Positions 58,455-64,000 of a DNA stretch of 64,000 bases are shown here, piece after piece (position 1 is the first letter of the stretch; every line of letters starts with the position of its first letter). The DNA is from an uncultured Methylomirabilota bacterium (GTDB lineage Bacteria; Methylomirabilota; Methylomirabilia; Methylomirabilales; 2-02-FULL-66-22): positions 896,001 to 960,000 of the forward strand of contig CAWJSJ010000001.1 in assembly GCA_963845565.1 (NCBI GenBank), read 5' to 3'. Below the pieces are notes generated by a model. It ran no database searches and had not been told where the DNA came from. It was given only the letters and a program-made list of their open reading frames with translations. A program made the position numbers and the translations under genes.

Positions 58455-59966
58455 TCAACACACGAGTGGCTCAGGCTCGAATGGCCGCGTGGTGTTCCAC
58501 GGATAGAGAGTCTCCCGATCGATTCGCTGGAAGGGCAATCGCAGCAAGTTGCTCCCGCTGATGCCAGGGGTATCTACGTAGAACACCTGCTTGGCCAACC
58601 CCTCATACGCCGCCTTGAAGGATCCTTGGGACTTCACCACCAGGAATTTCGCGCGCTCCGGCGTCAGGCCCGCGCAGCGATAGTGCTCGGGGTCGATCGT
58701 CCACACCGGAAGCTCCGTCAACTGGAGGAAGAGGCTCCCGCCCACCTCCAGCACGGCGGTCCGGCCCATCGACGTTTCGACGCCGTGGAACATGGGGCCC
58801 GCGTAGCGGTACCGACCGTCGAACAGCGTCCGGACGCGCCCCCGCACGGTCACGGGCCGGCTGAAGCGCTGGTTCAGCTTCCCGCCGACCGGCAGCTCGA
58901 TCTCCGCCCCCACCCCGGCGGCTGCCGCCGCCCCCACGGCCTCGGGGTCCACGATCGGCAAATAGGTCGGCGCCACCACCCGCTGCCGGAGGAGTGCCTC
59001 GAGCAGGTAGGTGCTGTCCCCCGTGGCGCCCGCCCCGACGTTGTCCGCCGGCTCGTTCAGCACGATCGGCTGAGCAGCGGACGCGAGCCCCAGGCGGATC
59101 GCCTCCTCCGGCGAATGGAATGGGAAGTCCGTGAAGACCTCGCGTAACCCCCAGAACGCTCGCGCGGTCCGAGCCACCACCTCTCGCGCTCCCTCCACCA
59201 CGTCCACCCTCGCCACCCCGAGCACACTGCAGCCCATCTCCTGAATATCCAGCCAGCATTGCACACCGAACGCGGAGAGCGCCAATATCCGCTCGCCGTC
59301 CTCCGCCGCCTCCAGCTCTCGGATCAGGCGCACCATCGGCTCGTCGCCGACGATCGTCATGCGCTCCATGGGCGCCACCAGCGGGATTTTCACGAACACG
59401 CGGCGCAGATCCCGCGTCCGGCCGTGGTGGCGCCAGGCCAGTTCCGCCGCCTTCTGGCCCGTTTCGAAGAGATTGGTGTGCGGGAAGGAGTTGTAACCGA
59501 CCAGGATGTCGGCCGCGCGGGCGATCCGCGCCGTCACGTTACCGTGAAAATCCAGGGTCGCGACCAGCGGCCGATCGCCGATGGCCTCCCGCACCGCCTC
59601 CAGCAGGTCGCCCTCGGGGTCGTCCAACCCCTCGACGATCATGGAGCCATGCAGCGACAGGTACACGCCGTCCAGCGGCTCGGCCGCGCGCAGCCGTCCC
59701 AGAAGCTCCGCCTTCAGCTCCGCGTAGGCCGCGGGCACCACGAGACCGTGTGGCACCGCCCAGGCCGCCAGCGTGGGCACCGCCTCGATCCCGCGGCGCC
59801 GGCACACCTCCAGGAACCCGGCCAACTCGTTTCGCATCCCGCGATGGGCGTCCCAGATCTCCTCCCCGTACAGCAGGTAGCCGTTGCGCCGGAAATAGTC
59901 CAGCGTCGTCCGCTCCGGGGAGAAGCTGTTGCATTCCAGGCTCACCGTCCCGACCGCATAGCGCAT
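58455..59966 (-). CDS. M81-family metallopeptidase/deacylase (MlrC-like)
   Basis: ECNSFSP, LSLHGSM, DPEG, LDFHGN, FPH, DNVGAG, VVKS. Confidence 0.92.
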   Translation of the reverse strand: MRYAVGTVSLECNSFSPERTTLDYFRRNGYLLYGEEIWDAHRGMRNELAGFLEVCRRRGIEAVPTLAAWAVPHGLVVPAAYAELKAELLGRLRAAEPLDGVYLSLHGSMIVEGLDDPEGDLLEAVREAIGDRPLVATLDFHGNVTARIARAADILVGYNSFPHTNLFETGQKAAELAWRHHGRTRDLRRVFVKIPLVAPMERMTIVGDEPMVRLIRELEAAEDGERILALSAFGVQCWLDIQEMGCSVLGVARVDVVEGAREVVARTARAFWGLREVFTDFPFHSPEEAIRLGLASAAQPIVLNEPADNVGAGATGDSTYLLEALLRQRVVAPTYLPIVDPEAVGAAAAAGVGAEIELPVGGKLNQRFSRPVTVRGRVRTLFDGRYRYAGPMFHGVETSMGRTAVLEVGGSLFLQLTELPVWTIDPEHYRCAGLTPERAKFLVVKSQGSFKAAYEGLAKQVFYVDTPGISGSNLLRLPFQRIDRETLYPWNTTRPFEPEPLVC

Positions 59967-59976
59967 CGCCGCCTCC

Positions 59977-61305
59977 CTAGCGCCGCCCGCCCGCCAGCCC
60001 CCGAATCACGTCGTCCATCCGCTCCAGCGCCCACTCGATGTCGGCAGCGGTGTGAGCGCCCGAGATCCCGTGGTGGCCGATGGCGTGGCCAATGCTCTGG
60101 AAATAGACTCCCCGCTCGACGCAACCCCGGACGAACCGATGCCACATCTCGACGTCGCGCGCGGCCGCATCCCGGTAGCATCGGACTTCTTTGTCGAGGC
60201 CGAAAAACAGGCCGAAGCGGATGCCCAGCCCCTGCACGCGGCCGGGCACCCCGTGGCGCACGAAGGCGTCGTTCAGCCCCCGGTACAGCCGGTCCGCCAC
60301 GGCGAGCATCGGCGGGTAGGTGCCGGGCTTGATCAACTCCCCGAGGCAGGCCAGGCCCGCGAGGATGCCGAAAAGGTGGTCGGTATAGGTGCCGCTGTGG
60401 GCCACCGGCCCGAGAGGTGCCAAAAGGCTCATCAGGTCGCGCCGGCCGGCGACCAGCGCGATGGGCGCCCCGTTCGCAATGCCTTTGGCAATCGCGCAGA
60501 GATCGGGCACGATCCCGTAGTAGCCCTGCGCGCAGCTCGGCCCGGTCCGGAAGGCGGACAAGACCTCGTCAAAGATCAGCACACTGCCATGCCGCTCGGT
60601 CAGCGCGCGGAGGGCGGCCAGGTATTCGCGATCGGCCGGGATGCAGCCCGAGTTGTAGTTGATCGGCTCGCAGATCACTCCGGCGATGGCGTCCCCGTGC
60701 CGGGCAAACGCCTGCTCCAGCGCCCCCAGATCGTTCCAGGGCAACACCAGGACGAGGTCCGCGGCGGAACGCGGGAGGCCCGCGGAATCGGGGCGGGCCG
60801 GGATGGGCGACGGGCCGTTCCACGCCGGGCCCGAGGCGTTGAACATCACGTCGTTGTGGAAGCCGTGGAAATGGCCCTCGAAGCGGAGGAGTCGCTCCCG
60901 CCCGGTGGCCGCCCGGGCAATGCGGATGGCCAGGGCGGTGGCTTCCATGCCCGAGGTGGCGAAACGCACCATCTCGGCGCACGGCACGGTCTGGCAGACC
61001 AGGGCGGCGAGGCGGGCCACGTACTCCGTCTCGCAGGCCGCGATCACGCCCATCTCGACGGCCTGCAGGATGGCCTGCCGCGTGGCGGGATGGTTGTAGC
61101 CGAGAATCGTCGCGCCGTGGGACAGATTGAAGTCGAGGTACTCCGTCCCGTCGAGCCCGGTGAGCCGCGCGCCCTCGCCCCGGACGAAGTACATGGGGCG
61201 CCCGAGGCTGCCGTTGAACCGCCCCCCGGCACCGATGCCGGCAGGAAGATACGTCTGCGCATACGCATGGAGCTCGTCGGGGGATCGAAACTGTGCCTGG
61301 ATCAT
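59977..61305 (-). CDS. Class III PLP aminotransferase (GSA-aminomutase-like, probably not HemL)
   Basis: SGMEAT, FEGHFHG, IFDEV, AKGIANG (PLP Lys), HSGTY. Confidence 0.9.
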   Translation of the reverse strand: MIQAQFRSPDELHAYAQTYLPAGIGAGGRFNGSLGRPMYFVRGEGARLTGLDGTEYLDFNLSHGATILGYNHPATRQAILQAVEMGVIAACETEYVARLAALVCQTVPCAEMVRFATSGMEATALAIRIARAATGRERLLRFEGHFHGFHNDVMFNASGPAWNGPSPIPARPDSAGLPRSAADLVLVLPWNDLGALEQAFARHGDAIAGVICEPINYNSGCIPADREYLAALRALTERHGSVLIFDEVLSAFRTGPSCAQGYYGIVPDLCAIAKGIANGAPIALVAGRRDLMSLLAPLGPVAHSGTYTDHLFGILAGLACLGELIKPGTYPPMLAVADRLYRGLNDAFVRHGVPGRVQGLGIRFGLFFGLDKEVRCYRDAAARDVEMWHRFVRGCVERGVYFQSIGHAIGHHGISGAHTAADIEWALERMDDVIRGLAGGRR

Positions 61306-61330
61306 GACTGCACTCCTCCTCCGGTCGGCC

Positions 61331-62073
61331 CTACCGCTGCCGTCCGGCGCGTCGCGACGGGGGACGGCCTGGCCTCGCACCGCCATCAGTCGGCCCGTCG
61401 GCTGCCGGCGCCTTCTGGCGCTTTGGCGCGGACGGGGCCGCCAAGGGGATCGGCGAGGCGAGGTCGCTCCGGATCGCCGCAATCATGCGGGCTGCGTCCC
61501 GCGACACCCACGCCTCGTACATCGCCTTGTGGTGACGCTGCGACCCGGACAGATCGACATCCTCCTGCAACTGCGCGTAGTAGAAGTACGGCCCGACGCG
61601 CGCCCAGAGGAGATCGATCAGCCGCAGGAAGACCTCCGATCCGCAATACCGGTAGATCGTGCGATGAAATGCGAAGTTGGCCTGGATGTACCGCCGGGGG
61701 ATCGCTTCAGGTAGCGGGCGGTCTGCTCGAGCAGGGCCTGTGCGGCCGGCAGCGCGCTATCCGGCCGGCGGGCGCAGGACCGCTCCGCGGCCATCGACTC
61801 AAGAAAGAGTCGGACCTGGTACAGGTCCCGCATCTCCGGCTCGGTGAGGGTGTTGACCCGGATGCGCCGATTGGCCTCGATGACAACAATCCGTTCCGAC
61901 TCGAGTTGCCAGAGGGCCTCCCGAATCGGCATCAGGCTCACCCCGAACTCTTCGGCCAGTCCGCGGAGGCTCAACGTCTCCCCCGGAAGAACCCCCGCCG
62001 AGATGATCTTCTCCCGGAGCTGATCGTACACCTGCTGGCGTAGTGTCTGGGTCGAGAGCCTGGTGAAGCGCAT
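61331..62073 (-). CDS. GntR/FadR-family regulator with a frameshift in a homopolymer near 61696-61700
   Basis: wHTH (LAEEFGVSLMPIREAL) followed by an FCD domain that continues in a shifted frame (ANFAFHRTIY...HHKAMYEA). Confidence 0.85.
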
Positions 62074-62109
62074 GTGTGATCACATATCACGCCCTGCATC
62101 TCAGGTCAA
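62072..62109 (-). promoter_or_regulatory. Promoter and palindromic operator of the GntR gene
   Basis: TTGACC-N17-TATGTG with extended TGn; palindrome TGTGATCACA (62075-62084) next to the ATG; no SD. Confidence 0.6.
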
Positions 62110-62649
62110 GCGGTCCTGGCTCGGCAGTTCTCCGGCGATCCGCCCCGACGGCCACAGGATCGCACACAATGCGTGGTAACGCCCCTTCGCGAAAACGAAC
62201 GAGGCGCCTCATGACCAAAGACCGGTCGGGGTGGACCAATTGGCGAGGACAAGCCACCACGGATGGCGTAATTGTGGACCACAGCCAGGAGGAGCTCCGC
62301 TGGTCGGACCGATCACGAGGTCGGGAACATCGGGCCTGTCGAGCGGCCCCGCGTGATGCGTTCGTCGGCTCGCGCCATGGCCATCAGTCCTCCCCTTCGG
62401 CCTCCCAGTGAGGTCACACATCCCGCTTGGGCCGGTGCCAGTTCAGGATACGCACCTCGTGATCGGGGTAGAGGGCTCGGGTCGCACGCAGTGCGGCCTC
62501 CACGTCCCTGTCCCGAGGAAGCGTTCTCTCTTCAGGATACCGGCCCGCGCGCCCGTGTCAATGGACGCCGTGTTCCCTTGAGTCCAACGCCCTACGGATT
62601 GTGGGCGACGGCGCAAACACCCAACGACCCTATCGAGCCCACCCGCGCT

Positions 62650-63010
62650 CTAGTTGCGAGCCTTGGCCTGGAGCGTGTCGCGTAGTTCGACCATCGCCAG
62701 CGTGTCGCGCTCGCAATGAGTGAGGAGCGCGGTGCGGATCGTCGCCTTCTCGGCGGAATCGCCACCCCCGAAGCCCATGCGGTGGAACTGGAGAGAGGCC
62801 ATCGTCCCCTCCTTGATTGCCAGGTCGTCGTCCGCCACGTACGGCGCCACGGCGGGCAGGAGGGCCATGATCGGGTACCAGTCGCCAAAGGCCGGGTGGT
62901 AGTAGTGCGCGTTGATCACCGGGTGGAGACTCCAGAGGCGGTCCCAGACACCGTCAAGATCCGTGCGGAGGTGCGGAAGGGCCTCGACGAAACCGGTGAA
63001 GGCGCTCCAC
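62650..63010 (-). pseudogene. C-terminal relic of a DUF2779-like protein
   Basis: YYHPAF....I..LLPA....LAI.EG..A...IR.ALL.HC.RDTLAMV; no plausible N-terminus or start. Confidence 0.6.
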
Positions 63011-63216
63011 CGGCAATGGAGGCGTAACCGGTTGAATCCATGGACGTGGGAGGTTATCCGTCGCGGCAGTCGACAATTCCTCGCCATGGCTTGCCCTGGT
63101 TCCGCAGACATCATTCCGTACTGGATCAGTACTGTTTACTGTGCTAGCGTTATTTCGCAGAGAGTCGCAAAGCCATTCGTGCCGCGCCGCGGCGGGTACG
63201 GCAGGTCGAGGAGATA

Positions 63217-64000
63217 GTGGTGACCCCCATCAAACCATGTGGTTCCCGGTGCAACGAGCCGTTATTGGCCACCCCGTCCGACGTGCCTTTGCCCGCTCGC
63301 GCGAAGGGCCGTGGGCTGGCCCACCCGTCCTGCGCCAACGCGTTATTCGTGCTGGTCATCGCCGTGGCCGCCGCCGCGTGCGACAGCACCAGCTCCGCGA
63401 CACCGAACCCCGGGCCCTCCGCGCGTGGAGAAACGCAAGCCCGCCGAGTTGAACTCGTGTCGGCAAGGGGAGCCCGTCACCGACCGACGCGTGAGCGCGA
63501 CGGGGACCCTCGCGGCCGACGAACAGGTCGTCCTCGGTACCAAGGTAGCCGGGCGTGTCGCCGAACTGCGGGTGGATATGGGTAGCCGCGTGCGCCAAGG
63601 TGACCCGGTGGCCCGCCTGGACCCGACCGACGCTCGGCTCCGGGTCGACCAGGCGGTGGCAGCGCTCCAGCAGGCGAGAGTTCGTCTCGGCTTGGCGGCC
63701 GAGGGTACGGACGACCATGTCGTCCCCGAGCGCACCTCGCTTGTCCGGCAGGCGCGCGCCGTCCTGGAGGAAGCACAGCTCACGCGGGATCGGATGGAGC
63801 GACTCTGGCAAGAAGGCGGCATCGCCCGGGCCCAATTCGACGCCGCGGTTGCGGCGCTGGCCGTCGCCGAAGGTCGCTACCAGGACGCGATCGAAGAGGT
63901 GCGTACCCGCCAAGGGGTGCTGCTGGAGCGCCGTTCCGATCTGGCGCTCGCTCGCCAGCAACTGAGCGATACGACGATCACCGCCCCCATCGACGGCGCC
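63217..64000 (+). CDS. RND efflux periplasmic adaptor (membrane fusion protein), partial, frameshift near 63467-63470
   Basis: Lipoprotein-like signal (AAAAC), then in the shifted frame VSATGTLAADEQVVLGTKVAGRV...VRQGDPVARLD...LSDTTITAPIDG; runs off the window end. Confidence 0.85.

Noticed and set aside
59977..61305. Annotation as hemL
   Set aside because: Catabolic operon context and divergent motifs (HSGTY); no tetrapyrrole genes nearby.

Overview
A GC-rich bacterial chromosomal segment. Small-protein and lipoprotein content tentatively suggests Methylomirabilota/NC10, which is inference only. No rRNA, intact tRNA, CRISPR array or intact transposase/integrase was found. From left to right the window holds: (1) the start of a chemosensory operon (HTH_17 protein, cheY, a cheA with tandem MshEN-like motifs instead of a P2 domain, a Cys-rich 'two-CW' protein) plus a hybrid histidine kinase and a REC-PAS protein; (2) mtgA, an extended SDR, htpG and a Tat transglutaminase/TlpA pair; (3) a large set of catabolic genes (two HpcH aldolases, an FGGY kinase, two recently duplicated aldo/keto reductases, TctABC, two TRAP systems, D-carbamoylase, D-aminoacylase, a VanX-like dipeptidase, a creatininase-family protein, an amidase, a phosphotriesterase-like protein, and a GntR-aminotransferase-MlrC-TRAP-galM operon); (4) an orphan glycyl radical enzyme with an atypical GCCNP Cys loop; (5) a region of about 6 kb with small membrane/secreted proteins and gene relics. 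Two near-identical 104-bp palindromic MITE-like elements bracket a four-gene cassette. Several single-base frameshifts lie in homopolymers and may be assembly errors. The strongest novelty candidates are the GCCNP glycyl radical enzyme, the MshEN-bearing CheA operon and the MITE-like pair.
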